Of a DNA stretch of 64,000 nucleotides, positions 41,084 to 51,054 are shown piece after piece. The position numbers were made by a program, and so were the translations under genes. The notes below the pieces were generated by a model, which was not told the origin of the DNA, ran no database searches, and worked only from the letters and a program-made list of their open reading frames with translations. Source of the DNA: an uncultured Pirellulaceae bacterium (GTDB taxonomy: Bacteria > Planctomycetota > Planctomycetia > Pirellulales > Pirellulaceae); assembly GCA_937928555.1 (NCBI GenBank), contig CALFWR010000004.1, positions 15,513 to 79,512 on the forward strand, read 5' to 3'. Positions within the stretch are counted from its first letter, which is position 1; each line of letters begins with the position of its first letter.

Positions 41084-41272
41084 ACCCGGATTATTCACGA
41101 GGCGTGGGCGTCAGAATCAGTTGAGACAGTGATCCGCGACTCTGATGCAATGAAGCGATCGCTGTGGTTTTCATCTACCAGACGATTTACATTTCTTGTT
41201 GAAATTCAGCTTTTCCCTTGCTCCCGCTGGCCAGACGTAGAATTAACGCCCGTCGTCGTGAATAATCCGGGA
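41084..41272. mobile_element. 189-bp MITE, subfamily A
   Basis: TCA on both sides (41081-83, 41273-75). Confidence 0.9.
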
Positions 41273-41519
41273 TCAAATGCATTTTGCACTTTTCCCAACA
41301 ACGCTTCGAAATCACCGCAGCTATCGGACTCGCAAGCCTCCATCGCCCCGGCCAGCTTTGACGCTTCCATCGCGCCGAGCAGAATCTTTCCTCGCACGTT
41401 CGTTCCTCCTGAAACCAAGGCTATGCGTCGCGGTGCCGGAATACAAAGCACTTCGGTCACACGTACCCCGATGGAACGCTAAAATGGCGACGGAACTTCA
41501 CTATCGAGCCCGATGACCG

Positions 41520-42299
41520 ATGACGCCCTGGAACCTATCCCAAGCCACCTACGCGACAGTTAAGCAGCACTCGTATGATGTCGCGGTGCTGCCGTTGGGT
41601 GCAACCGAACCACACAACCTGCACCTTCCCTACGGCACGGACCTGTTTGAGGGAACCATTGTGGGTGAGAAGATCTGTGAGCACGCGTGGAGTTTGGGCG
41701 GCAAAGTCGTCCTCTTGCCGACGATTCCCTACGGCACCGAAACGAATATGCGGGAACTTCCGCTGGCGATCAACGTGAACCCATCGACGCTCAATCGTAT
41801 CATTGAAGACATTGTGGAGTCGCTTGTGGGCAGCGGGATTCGCAAAGTCATGTTGCTCAACAGCCACGGCGGCAACGGGCTCAAACCATTTTTGCGTGAA
41901 ATGTCCGGGCGCAGTGACGCCCATCTGTTTTTGTGCAACTGGTACCAGTCATTGAACGACGTTTACTTCGATATTTTTGAAAACGGTGAAGACCATGCCG
42001 GTGAAATGGAAACTTCTTTCGGGCTTGCCTTTTTTCCCGAGTACGTCAACGTGCGCGATGACGGCACTCTGGCAGCGGATGAAGGCAGCGTCCGTCCAAC
42101 ACGATTCGAAGCTCTCAACAAAGGCTGGGTCTCGATTTCCAGGCCGTGGCATCTGCTCACGACCAACTCGGGCTCAGGGAATCCGCATGCCGCGAGTGCC
42201 GAAAAAGGCCACCGCATGATGGAAGTGCTCGTCGAGCGACTCGGCGGCTTCTTGGCCGACCTTGCCCAATCACCCCTCGACGACACGTTTCCGTTTTGA
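41520..42299 (+). CDS. Creatininase family amidohydrolase
   Basis: LPLGATEPHNLHLPYGTD, LNSHGGN, DHAGEMETS, G.P..A.AEKG. Confidence 0.93.
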   Translation: MTPWNLSQATYATVKQHSYDVAVLPLGATEPHNLHLPYGTDLFEGTIVGEKICEHAWSLGGKVVLLPTIPYGTETNMRELPLAINVNPSTLNRIIEDIVESLVGSGIRKVMLLNSHGGNGLKPFLREMSGRSDAHLFLCNWYQSLNDVYFDIFENGEDHAGEMETSFGLAFFPEYVNVRDDGTLAADEGSVRPTRFEALNKGWVSISRPWHLLTTNSGSGNPHAASAEKGHRMMEVLVERLGGFLADLAQSPLDDTFPF

Positions 42300-42306
42300 T
42301 GTTTCC

Positions 42307-42486
42307 GTAGGGCCGGTTCCCACCAGCCGTCAAGTAGTTAAGTAGGGCCGGTTCCCACCGGCCGCGCTTCAAACTTAAGTAGGGCCGGTTCCCACCGGCC
42401 GCGCTTCAAACTTAGGTAGGGCCGGTTCCCACCGGCCGCGCTTCAAACTTAGGTAGGGCCGGTTCCCACCGGCCGCGCTTCGAACC
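42307..42486 (+). repeat. Tandem array of five GTAG-type REP palindromes (37-bp period)
   Basis: GTAG-GGCCGGT-TCCC-ACCGGCC at 42307, 42342, 42379, 42416 and 42453 (first copy has one mismatch). Confidence 0.92.
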
Positions 42487-42586
42487 TCGTTTCGAACTGC
42501 ATTTCCCGGGCCTTCACCATTGCCCTGAATCGTCAACGTCTCGCCCAGCTTCCCCCGCTTAATCACAGCCCGAAGCACCACCTCCA

Positions 42587-43579
42587 TCAATCCAAAAACT
42601 TCCGCGTCCCAATCACCGCCGTCCGCCAGGGCGCGGGGTATCCTTCGGCCGTCTTCGAACCATCTTCCGGATCCAAAAACTCAGCCAAGCTATGATACGT
42701 CATATGCTCGGTGGACCGCTGCTCCTCTGTCGTCACGCACACGTGTGAAACCACTTCGACATCCTTGAACCCTGCTCGCCGCGCCCAGTTCACCAGACAA
42801 TCCTTGGTTGGAACAAAGTAAACATTTCTTGCTTTGGCGTAGCGGTCTTCGGGAAACAGCGCCATCGATCCCTCGCCAGGAATGCTCTGCGATTCAATTA
42901 AAGCTTTTCCACCAACGACCAAGCTGTTACGCAAGTCACGCAGGATCTGAACCGGATTCCGCTGGTGATACAAAATGCCCATACACAGCGCCAGATCAAA
43001 ACACTGATCGAAAACCGTCAAATGCTCAGCACCCAAACGCTCGAACTGCATGTTGGGAATCTGCAAAAACCGCTGCACCGTTTCGAACCACAGATAAAAT
43101 GGAATCGACGGATCGAGCCCCAGCACCAGCGCGGGATCGTCCGCCATCATGCGAAACATGTAATACGCATTGCCGCAGCCAACGTCCATGATCTTTTTGC
43201 CAGCAAGCTCACCCAGGGCCGGGCGAATCCGATCCCACTTCAGATTCGAACGCCACTCCGCATCCACATCCTGACCAAAGACCTTCCAAGGCCCTTTTCG
43301 CCACGGATGAAATTGCTTGATCGTCGCGGCCAGCACTTCCGCCTGGTCCGCCTCCAAATCCCCGGACTGTCCAATCGAGACAACGTCAGCCCCAAAGTCT
43401 CTCGCGACCGGATTGCCCACGTCGCCCGCGACCGGAAGCTGCTCAATCAGTGCCTTCAGATCCCTTCCGCGGGGCAAATCCAGATCCTCGATCCGGAAAT
43501 TTCTGATCCTCCGGACTTCATTCATGTCCACCTTTGGTGATAATTGCTCCAACAAATCGGGGCGCTCCCAAAACAGCAT
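42587..43579 (-). CDS. cmoB: tRNA U34 carboxymethyltransferase
   Basis: PWRKGPW...G..VDAEWRS..KW, DVGCGN.YYMFRM, GLDPS, MGILYHQR.P, DRYAKARNVYFVP, EGYPAP.R. Confidence 0.93.
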   Translation of the reverse strand: MLFWERPDLLEQLSPKVDMNEVRRIRNFRIEDLDLPRGRDLKALIEQLPVAGDVGNPVARDFGADVVSIGQSGDLEADQAEVLAATIKQFHPWRKGPWKVFGQDVDAEWRSNLKWDRIRPALGELAGKKIMDVGCGNAYYMFRMMADDPALVLGLDPSIPFYLWFETVQRFLQIPNMQFERLGAEHLTVFDQCFDLALCMGILYHQRNPVQILRDLRNSLVVGGKALIESQSIPGEGSMALFPEDRYAKARNVYFVPTKDCLVNWARRAGFKDVEVVSHVCVTTEEQRSTEHMTYHSLAEFLDPEDGSKTAEGYPAPWRTAVIGTRKFLD

Positions 43580-43599
43580 CAAATTCCTGCGGCAAAACT

Positions 43600-44328
43600 G
43601 TGGCTCAAATCGACCGACTCTTCAGCAAAATCGATCCCGACTCGGGGACGTTTGCATTCGATCAAAACGTCGCCAAAGTCTTCGATGATATGATCTCGCG
43701 CAGCGTGCCGCTATACGCCGACGTCCAGCGCAGCGTCCCGGTCCTGACCGGATTGTTGGATCACGACCCGATTCGCGTCTTTGATCTGGGCTGTTCCACC
43801 GGGACTTCGCTGATTCATCTTTCGGCATCGCTGCCAAAGCGCAACCTGGAACTTTATGGCGCCGACAATTCCCAGGCGATGCTCGACCAGTGCGAGGACA
43901 AGTTAAGTACCCTTGAACTGGCTCACACGATTCAGACCACCTGCGTTGCGGTGCAGGATTTCGAGATCCACGACGCATCAGTCGTGCTAATGAACTATAC
44001 CTTGCAGTTCATTCCCGAATCCGATCGCCCTGCCCTGCTGGAGCGGATTTGCAAGTCACTGCGTCCCGGTGGCTTTCTGTTGATCAGCGAAAAAGTCGCC
44101 CACGAGCGAGCGGCGATGCATGACGCGTTGACCGATTTGTACTTTGAATACAAGAAAGGCCGCGGCTACAGCGAGCTTGAGATTTCGCGCAAGCGTGATG
44201 CCCTGGAAAACGTGTTGGTGCCACTGACGATGGATCGTAACGAACAGATGTTCCTTGCCGCTGGCTTTTCGAAAGCCGAAGTTCTTTTGAAATGGTTCAA
44301 TTTCGCGACCTTTCTCTGCCGTGTCTGA
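43600..44328 (+). CDS. cmoA: Carboxy-S-adenosyl-L-methionine synthase
   Basis: F.FDQNVA.VFDDMISRSVP.Y, DLGCSTG, DNS..M, NYTLQF, LISEK, GYSELEIS.KR.ALENV, WFNF. Confidence 0.94.
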   Translation: MAQIDRLFSKIDPDSGTFAFDQNVAKVFDDMISRSVPLYADVQRSVPVLTGLLDHDPIRVFDLGCSTGTSLIHLSASLPKRNLELYGADNSQAMLDQCEDKLSTLELAHTIQTTCVAVQDFEIHDASVVLMNYTLQFIPESDRPALLERICKSLRPGGFLLISEKVAHERAAMHDALTDLYFEYKKGRGYSELEISRKRDALENVLVPLTMDRNEQMFLAAGFSKAEVLLKWFNFATFLCRV

Positions 44329-44818
44329 GCTTCAGGAAATTCCACGCGACCCGATTCTTGGACGGCGACAATTCGGCATCGGAACGTTGCTTTGGCTGAC
44401 AACCATCGCGGCGGCAACGATTGCACTGTTGAAGTTTTTTGGTTTCGGAATCCTGCTGCTGGCGATCCCGATTCTGGCCTTGGCCGTGGTCTTCAAGTGC
44501 GGCTTTCTGGCAGTCTACAATGAAAAAGGCACGCAATTCTCCCACGCCATTCTTTCGGCACTCATCTTCTTCCTGATCGCATGCTATACAGTTGACGTCT
44601 CCTTGTCCTGGTTCGAAGATTCAGAAATCGTCGTTGTTTCGATTCTCTTGGGGATCGGCTGGCTGCTGGTCTGCTCCGCCATGGTTCGCGGCCATCGGGC
44701 AACAAAAGTCCTTGCTGGTTTTATCGCATTGCCCTACTTCTACGTAATTCTTGCAATCCTAGCCGGCACCAACTGGTCCAGCGTATCCCGCTACTGGCTT
44801 GGGCGGCTTGGGCCCTGA
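44321..44818 (+). CDS. Small integral membrane protein
   Basis: RQFGIGTLLWLTT..A (planctomycete-type N-terminus) and about 5 hydrophobic segments. Confidence 0.7.
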   Translation: MSELQEIPRDPILGRRQFGIGTLLWLTTIAAATIALLKFFGFGILLLAIPILALAVVFKCGFLAVYNEKGTQFSHAILSALIFFLIACYTVDVSLSWFEDSEIVVVSILLGIGWLLVCSAMVRGHRATKVLAGFIALPYFYVILAILAGTNWSSVSRYWLGRLGP

Positions 44819-44948
44819 CAGCGTCAGCGTCAAATTTTTCCGACTATGCCGGTCAGGATCGTTCATTTCCGCACCGCCCCGGCCGCACCAAAGTAATCCG
44901 TTGACCATGGTGAACCCCAGGATTACAATTCGCGTCCGAAATCTAAAT

Positions 44949-45023
44949 GGTGGCTGTAGCTCAATTGGTTAGAGTACTGGATTGTGATTCCAGGGGTTGG
45001 GGGTTCAAGTCCCCTCAGCCACC
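44949..45023 (+). tRNA. tRNA-His(GUG), G-1 encoded, CCA not encoded
   Basis: Acceptor stem GTGGCTG/CAGCCAC; anticodon arm CTGGA-TTGTGAT-TCCAG; T-loop TTCAAGT; G-1:C73. Confidence 0.95.
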
Positions 45024-45072
45024 CTTCTTTCTTCCCGGCATTGCCGGGCAATCTACGTCTCCGCTGTCCAAA

Positions 45073-45267
45073 ACTAGAATTGTTCACGGCGTCGGGCGTT
45101 GATTTGCGTTGAACCACGCCGACGCAAAGGTCAAAGCTGGATTGTCGCCCAGATTTCGGTTCACCTCGTTGATGAAGTCCAGGGCAAAGACTCTTTTCCA
45201 ACCGGTGCGCTGTTCATCGGCTAGGCTAGACTGAACGTTAGGCCCACGCCGCGTGAATAATCCGGTC
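45073..45267. mobile_element. Diverged 195-bp MITE (third interior type)
   Basis: TTGTTCACGGCGTCGGGCGTTGA...GGCCCACGCCGCGTGAATAATCCGG; AAA on both sides. Confidence 0.7.
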
Positions 45268-45470
45268 AAAAACGGAGGCAAATCTCGTCCCCGCTGCGGC
45301 GGCACCAAAGGCTTGAGTGAGCCGACTGGCTGCAGAAAGGCCACCGGTGCGAACGGCTGTATTGGGTTGCCTTCAATTCTACCGCCGGTGCCTGCCAATC
45401 CGGGATCTCACGGCCAATCTCCTGCCTTTGCTATACTGGCCCGATCGAAGTTCATCCATTGAGGCCAGAC

Positions 45471-46754
45471 ATGTTCCGATACGCCGTATTTGTTGCCGTA
45501 CTTCTCCTGCCGACGTTGTGCAACGCTCAAACTGTAATTCACGCCGGCAAGATGATCGACGTGGCCGCGGGCACCGTAAAAAATAAAGTTACCATCGTCG
45601 TCGAAGACAACACGATCAAATCCATCGAGGACGGCTACACCCGCGCCGATTCCAAAAAACTGATCGACCTCAAAGACCACACCGTCATGCCTGGCCTGAT
45701 GGACATGCACACGCATCTGATGATGCAGCACCACAAAAAAGTCTACTCCGATCGCTTCTTCCTCAGCGAAGCCGACTTTGCGCTCCGCAGCACCACCTAC
45801 GCAAAGAAAACCCTGATGGCGGGCTTCACCACCGTCCGTGACTTGGGTGACAACGGTGTCAACTCGGTCTCGCTTCGTAAAGCCATCAACGAAAAATGGA
45901 TCCTTGGCCCGCGCATCTACACCGCTGGAAAATCGATCGCGACCACCGGCGGACACGCCGATCCCACCAACGGCACCAAGGGAGAATTCAAACGCGAAGG
46001 AACGCCGCTCGATGGCGTCATCAACGGAACCGACGATGCCCGCAAAGCCGTCCGCCAGCGATACAAAGACGGCGCGGACCTGATCAAACTAACCGCCACC
46101 GGAGGCGTACTGAGCCTCGCGACTAACGGACAGAATCCCCAGTTCACCGACGACGAACTGGAAGCCATCGTGCAAATCGCCAAAGACTACGGCATGGCCG
46201 TCGCTGTTCACGCTCACGGCAGCGAAGGCATGAAGCGTGCGGTCCTCGCGGGTGTCGATTCGATCGAACACGGAACGTTTATGACTACCGAGATCATGGA
46301 ACTGATGAAAGAACGCGGCACCTATCTGGTCCCGACACTGATGGCTGGCGAATGGGTCGCGGAAAAAGCCAAACTGGACGACTACTTTCCGGCCGTCGTT
46401 CGCCCCAAAGCCGCCTCCATCGGCCCGATCATTCTGAGCACGTTTGCCAAAGCTCACAAAGCCGGCGTCAAGATCGCTTTCGGCACCGATTCCGGAGTTT
46501 CGCCGCACGGAGACAACGCCAGAGAGTTCGAACTGATGGTCGCCGGTGGCATGACTCCCATGCAAGCGATCCAGTCCGCCACCATCGAAGCCGCTAAGCT
46601 GCTCCGTGTCCAGGACAAACTGGGCACCATCGAAGCCGGCAAACTCGCTGACCTGGTCGCCGTCAAGGGCGACCCCACCGAAGAAATATCGCACATGAAG
46701 CAGGTCGTGTTCGTCATGAAAGACGGCCGCGTCTATCGCAAGGCAAAAAAGTAA
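45471..46754 (+). CDS. Secreted metal-dependent amidohydrolase (Xaa-Pro dipeptidase-like)
   Basis: Signal peptide; [60 protein letters not shown]. Confidence 0.92.
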   Translation: MFRYAVFVAVLLLPTLCNAQTVIHAGKMIDVAAGTVKNKVTIVVEDNTIKSIEDGYTRADSKKLIDLKDHTVMPGLMDMHTHLMMQHHKKVYSDRFFLSEADFALRSTTYAKKTLMAGFTTVRDLGDNGVNSVSLRKAINEKWILGPRIYTAGKSIATTGGHADPTNGTKGEFKREGTPLDGVINGTDDARKAVRQRYKDGADLIKLTATGGVLSLATNGQNPQFTDDELEAIVQIAKDYGMAVAVHAHGSEGMKRAVLAGVDSIEHGTFMTTEIMELMKERGTYLVPTLMAGEWVAEKAKLDDYFPAVVRPKAASIGPIILSTFAKAHKAGVKIAFGTDSGVSPHGDNAREFELMVAGGMTPMQAIQSATIEAAKLLRVQDKLGTIEAGKLADLVAVKGDPTEEISHMKQVVFVMKDGRVYRKAKK

Positions 46755-46915
46755 CACCGCAGCACACGTCTCCCGAATCGACATCAGCAGTCGCGGGCGC
46801 ACGAAAAAAGCGGTGACATTGGCCACCGCTTTCTTGTTCCCAATTCACGCCAGCGGCCAGTTTCGGCATCACTTTGCAGTTAGCCGGTTGGCACTGGCAA
46901 CGGTGGGACCGTCGA

Positions 46916-48589
46916 TTACTTCACGTGCCGGTCAAGGAATCGCTTTGCCGCGTCGCGGCCACCCCACCCAAAGGCAATCGCAAGAGCAACACCCAGGCCG
47001 CCGAGCAGCGACATGAACGCGGTGTTGACGATCGTTTGCGAAACGCCGATTTGCTGAAGAGCAAACCCGCCGGCGAAGAAAAGAATCGCGCCACGGGCTA
47101 CCATCGCTAGGGTCGATGCGTTCTCAATGCCTGAACCCTTGATCTGTTTCGCCGCGATTGTCGATAGGAACATTCCCAGTGCGAGGATCACCAATCCAAT
47201 CACAAGACGAACCGCGAACGCAGAAAATGCATTCACGTGTTCGGCCAGGGGGCCCAACTCCATCATCGGCAATGCCTGTGACAAAGCCATCAGGATGATG
47301 CCGCCCAGAACCAGTTTGCCACCAATTTTCGATGGCGTCTGATCCGGATTGTCGTTGGACAACGGCAGTCCAATCTTCTCGGGCATTTGGTCGAATCCAA
47401 CTCCTGCAAGGAACTCCACGGCGATTTTGGCGATGATCCGTCCAATGAAAACCGCGACAGCAATCGTGATCGCGGCACCCAGGAAACCCGGCACCAGCGA
47501 CGACACACGGTTGATAATCTGATTCGCCGGTCCAGAGATCGTTTCGATGTCCAGCTTTTTGAGAGCTTCAACAGAAATCGGCAGCAGGATCGTGACAAAA
47601 GAAAGCAAACCCAGCAAATCCGAAATCCGCGTTCCGCCGTCTTCCGCCAAACCAATTTTGCTGGCCAGCTTGTTGACGCCAAATGACGCGGTCAAGTTGC
47701 TGACGATTTGACGGACAAGTCGTGCGATAAAGAAACCCACCACACCAATAACCAGGGCCGCAAAAATGTTTGGCAGGAAGTCCAAAGCTTTGGTGAACAT
47801 CTTTTCGATCGGCTCTTTCAAGCCCGGAATCTGCAGCACTCCAATGATGCCCGGCAGAAACAACGCAAACACCAACCAGTAAACCGCTTCGGAAATCGAA
47901 GTGCTCAGTCCTGGAGAATCACTGGTCGCAGCGGCACTTGGCGAGCCACCGCCACCGCCAAAGTCAAAACCGTCGTCGTCGCCATCAAAAGAATCTTCGG
48001 CCATCGAAGTCTTCAGCGGGTCGTCTTCGCCGGCAACGCGATCAAGCGCACTGCCTGCCGCGTCGGACATCATCTTCACATCCTGCCCAACGTTCGCCAC
48101 GCGGTTGTCCAGATCCAACGCGTCGAGCCCCGACTTGGTGCCCTGCTTGAGCACGCGAGCCAACACGTAGGCAACCACGCCCAGACCCAACGCACTAAGC
48201 AAGCGGGGAGCGTACTCGAACACCTGGTCCAGGAACCCATTGAGTGGTTGGGAGACCATCGGCAGGTCGAGTACCTGGAAAAAGGTAATCAACACGAACA
48301 GCATCAACAGATAGAAGATGATCTTTGAAATCACCTTCGACGCATTGACCTTTCCGTCGGGAGAGATCAACCGGCTGAGCTTCTGGCCAAATCCGGACTT
48401 GCCAAGCCCTTTGCCGACCAGTGACGAAATGATTTTGGCCACAATCCAGCCAATCACCAGCACCGCCAACGCCGAAAGTATGCTTGGCAGGTACTTGCCA
48501 ACCTCGCCTGAAACACTGTTCAGCATCGAACTCATGGCATTGTCCTGGGCCAAAAGACCAGGAGCTTTTATAGAGAATAATTCCAGCAT
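46916..48589 (-). CDS. Multi-TM mechanosensitive-channel/CmpX-like TM-helix repeat protein
   Basis: Three repeats of (Y/F)(L/A)P.I..A...L..GW/FIA, and C-terminal ALAIAFGWGGRD.A...L. Confidence 0.75.
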   Translation of the reverse strand: MLELFSIKAPGLLAQDNAMSSMLNSVSGEVGKYLPSILSALAVLVIGWIVAKIISSLVGKGLGKSGFGQKLSRLISPDGKVNASKVISKIIFYLLMLFVLITFFQVLDLPMVSQPLNGFLDQVFEYAPRLLSALGLGVVAYVLARVLKQGTKSGLDALDLDNRVANVGQDVKMMSDAAGSALDRVAGEDDPLKTSMAEDSFDGDDDGFDFGGGGGSPSAAATSDSPGLSTSISEAVYWLVFALFLPGIIGVLQIPGLKEPIEKMFTKALDFLPNIFAALVIGVVGFFIARLVRQIVSNLTASFGVNKLASKIGLAEDGGTRISDLLGLLSFVTILLPISVEALKKLDIETISGPANQIINRVSSLVPGFLGAAITIAVAVFIGRIIAKIAVEFLAGVGFDQMPEKIGLPLSNDNPDQTPSKIGGKLVLGGIILMALSQALPMMELGPLAEHVNAFSAFAVRLVIGLVILALGMFLSTIAAKQIKGSGIENASTLAMVARGAILFFAGGFALQQIGVSQTIVNTAFMSLLGGLGVALAIAFGWGGRDAAKRFLDRHVK

Positions 48590-48675
48590 GGGATTCCTCA
48601 CGGAAGTTGGGGAGTAAAGAGAAAAGATGCCCGACAATGAAAACCGCCGGGGCGTGCCTCACGCATGGTGTGCGT

Positions 48676-49782
48676 TTACTGTTCGCGCAGATATTGCTGA
48701 TCCGATGCGCTGAACATCGTGATCGGCAATCGGTAAAGGCGTTTGTCAGCGAAACTGCGGACAACGACTTTGTCACCTTCCCAGCGAACAAACGCCAGCT
48801 TGGCGACTTTGCCTTTGTCAGAGATGAAGTCCCGATAGACCAATTCCTGCAGTGAAGAGCGTGGAGTGACCTTGAATTCGCCGTTGGCTTTTTCGGGTGC
48901 TGCCACCGCGTTGGCCGCAGCCAGTTTCAGGCGATTCAGTTCGGCGTCTTTGAGCGTGATTTGATTGTTGGCATCGGCCAGCTGCGTGTTCAAGCCGTCG
49001 AGTTGCTGCTGTAGCTTGGTGAGCTTTGTCATGTCGCTGCCGGCGCTGCCGGCATTTTCCTGAGCCTTTTGGGCAACCTGTTTGAGGTTCGCATTCTCTT
49101 CAGAGTACTGCTTGATTTCCTGCTCAAGTTTTTTGATCTGCTCATCAAGCATCTGTTTGCTTTCTGTCGCAGCGGTCATCTGTTGGTTCAGGGTTTGATT
49201 GTCGCGGCGGGCATCGGCCAGCTCCGATTCAAGCCGTTGCACATCTTGATTCATCGGCGCGACCTGGGGCGGTTTTTCCTGGGCGGCCTGCTCAAGCTTC
49301 ATTCGCGCATCGGCGACCTGGCCTTCGAGTTTCCGGATCGTTTGATCGGACTGCCCCCTGCTCTCACGCAACTGCCTCAGCTCGGATTGCAGTTGGCTGA
49401 CTTCGGCTCGAAGAGAAGCACCCTGCGTTGTCTGCGATTGAAATTTTGCATTCAATTCGTCGAACTTTTTCTGTGCCGCCTCCAAAGCTCTCGCGGCAAC
49501 GCTTGTGGTATCATCAGCGGCACGATCGGCGACAGACATCGGGTCACCGGCCATCGCACCCTCAGAGTTCTTGCTCTGGCTGCCGGAAACATCGATTGCA
49601 GAAGGTGATTCTGCCGTCGTCGAATCGCCAGCGACCAACGAGGTCTCTGTTACGCCAGCGCCGTCCGTGGTTAGCCTGGCCGGGAAGAATGTCAGGTAAA
49701 GGTGACCCAGCAACCAGGCGGGAAGCAGAAAGGCCACGATAAGAAAGACCAACGTGTCCAGTAATTCACCGCGACGTTTCAT
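48676..49782 (-). CDS. Membrane-anchored coiled-coil protein with C-terminal SHD1-like domain
   Basis: N-terminal TM, long heptad region, C-terminus R.F....GK......F......KV........Y.LP...FS..DQQYL. Confidence 0.75.
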   Translation of the reverse strand: MKRRGELLDTLVFLIVAFLLPAWLLGHLYLTFFPARLTTDGAGVTETSLVAGDSTTAESPSAIDVSGSQSKNSEGAMAGDPMSVADRAADDTTSVAARALEAAQKKFDELNAKFQSQTTQGASLRAEVSQLQSELRQLRESRGQSDQTIRKLEGQVADARMKLEQAAQEKPPQVAPMNQDVQRLESELADARRDNQTLNQQMTAATESKQMLDEQIKKLEQEIKQYSEENANLKQVAQKAQENAGSAGSDMTKLTKLQQQLDGLNTQLADANNQITLKDAELNRLKLAAANAVAAPEKANGEFKVTPRSSLQELVYRDFISDKGKVAKLAFVRWEGDKVVVRSFADKRLYRLPITMFSASDQQYLREQ

Positions 49783-49941
49783 GGCACAAATGGGGGAGAG
49801 GGGAGACTGGTGAGGCAGGGGTTTGGATTATTGAACCTCAGTGTTTTGATATCAATCGCAAAGCAATAGATGTAAAAATAGGCAATTCAAGCCACCCACT
49901 AAATTCAACGGCATCCGACCAGAGACATCCCAAACAAATTC

Positions 49942-50988
49942 ATGTCAACGCAACCGGACACTCCGGAAATTGCCCAAGAGTCCAGCAGAAACCATCGATT
50001 CGGTGGACTTTCGCGTACCGGCGTCGTGCTGGCGATGTTGATCGTTTTGCCGCTTTGGATTCTGGTGGCCATTCCCGGTGAAGAAGTGGGTAGAGGCAGC
50101 TTTGAGTCCTGCACGATCCGTCATCACGGCTGGCCATTTACTCATCAGCGGACCGTAAAGTTCCTTTTCACTGAAAGCCAATTGGCGGTTCTGCAAAACA
50201 AATCTCTGGCGTGGAACATTGACAACGCTGCTCGCGAGCAGCTCTGCAAAAGCAAGCAGCAGCGACCTAGCTGGTTCGATTCTGCGGGCGAACTTTACTT
50301 GATCCAGGTTAGAGCGAACGAGCACGACAGCAGCTTTGGCGGCAACTATGCCTCTCATTTTTGGTCGGACGAACGCAACTGGCCCATTGCCGAATCAGCC
50401 AGCGGATTCGAAGCCCAAATCTCCTGGTTAGGCCTGATTGGCAATCTGGCGACCTTGCTCGTCATCGTTGGATTGATCGCAAAACTCATTGATTTTCGTC
50501 GTCGGAGACGTTGGCTTTCGATCTCCCTTTTCGAGCTGGCCATCGTTCTGCCGATCATCGGCGTCGCGATCGCAATCGTCGTAAGTGAACACCGCCGCGC
50601 GGCAAAGGAACAGGAACTCGTGAAAACGCTGTTTCGCAGCGGTGGAGGACCCGTTGAGCGACGTTCGCCGGCCATCCCTCGCGTCCTGTTCAACCTGTTC
50701 GACCATCGAGTCAGCCTGCCCGGTTCTTCGGTTTCGCTGTTCGCTCCAGTGGAATCACTCACGTGTTCCTCCTGGGAATTCAAACCGCACGACTTTCCAA
50801 ATCTCAAAAAACTGACCGTTCAACTTGGCAATCTCGAACCGCAGGGTGCTCAACTAGAACGAATCGCCCAAATAAATTGCTTTCCAAAGCTGGAACTTCT
50901 GGTCCTGCACCAAGTAAATTCCTCAGGTCGTTTGTGGCTGGATGAGAACTCAGGGCGACTGCCCAAAAAAGTTCACGAAAACCCGTAG
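49942..50988 (+). CDS. Hypothetical membrane protein
   Basis: Three hydrophobic segments; HGWPF and RRW..ISL.EL motifs; short LRR-like tail. Confidence 0.65.
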   Translation: MSTQPDTPEIAQESSRNHRFGGLSRTGVVLAMLIVLPLWILVAIPGEEVGRGSFESCTIRHHGWPFTHQRTVKFLFTESQLAVLQNKSLAWNIDNAAREQLCKSKQQRPSWFDSAGELYLIQVRANEHDSSFGGNYASHFWSDERNWPIAESASGFEAQISWLGLIGNLATLLVIVGLIAKLIDFRRRRRWLSISLFELAIVLPIIGVAIAIVVSEHRRAAKEQELVKTLFRSGGGPVERRSPAIPRVLFNLFDHRVSLPGSSVSLFAPVESLTCSSWEFKPHDFPNLKKLTVQLGNLEPQGAQLERIAQINCFPKLELLVLHQVNSSGRLWLDENSGRLPKKVHENP

Positions 50989-51054
50989 GCACAACAAAAG
51001 ATTCAGCTCCCCCAACTGCTTGGATAGGCCCCCCAACACCGCTATCATCATGCC

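Noticed and set aside
41075-41482. MITE as an in-frame coding insert (189 bp = 63 codons; this copy is open throughout)
   Set aside because: The same frame is interrupted by stops in the 56171 and 59134 copies, and all copies are intergenic. Openness is probably chance.
42307-42486. Possible CRISPR array (37-bp period, palindromic)
   Set aside because: Linkers are near-identical rather than unique spacers, the whole unit is only 37 bp, and no cas genes are present. It fits a GTAG REP tandem.
44949-45023. tRNA-His as an integration site for an island or prophage
   Set aside because: No integrase and no duplicated tRNA 3' end seen in the window.
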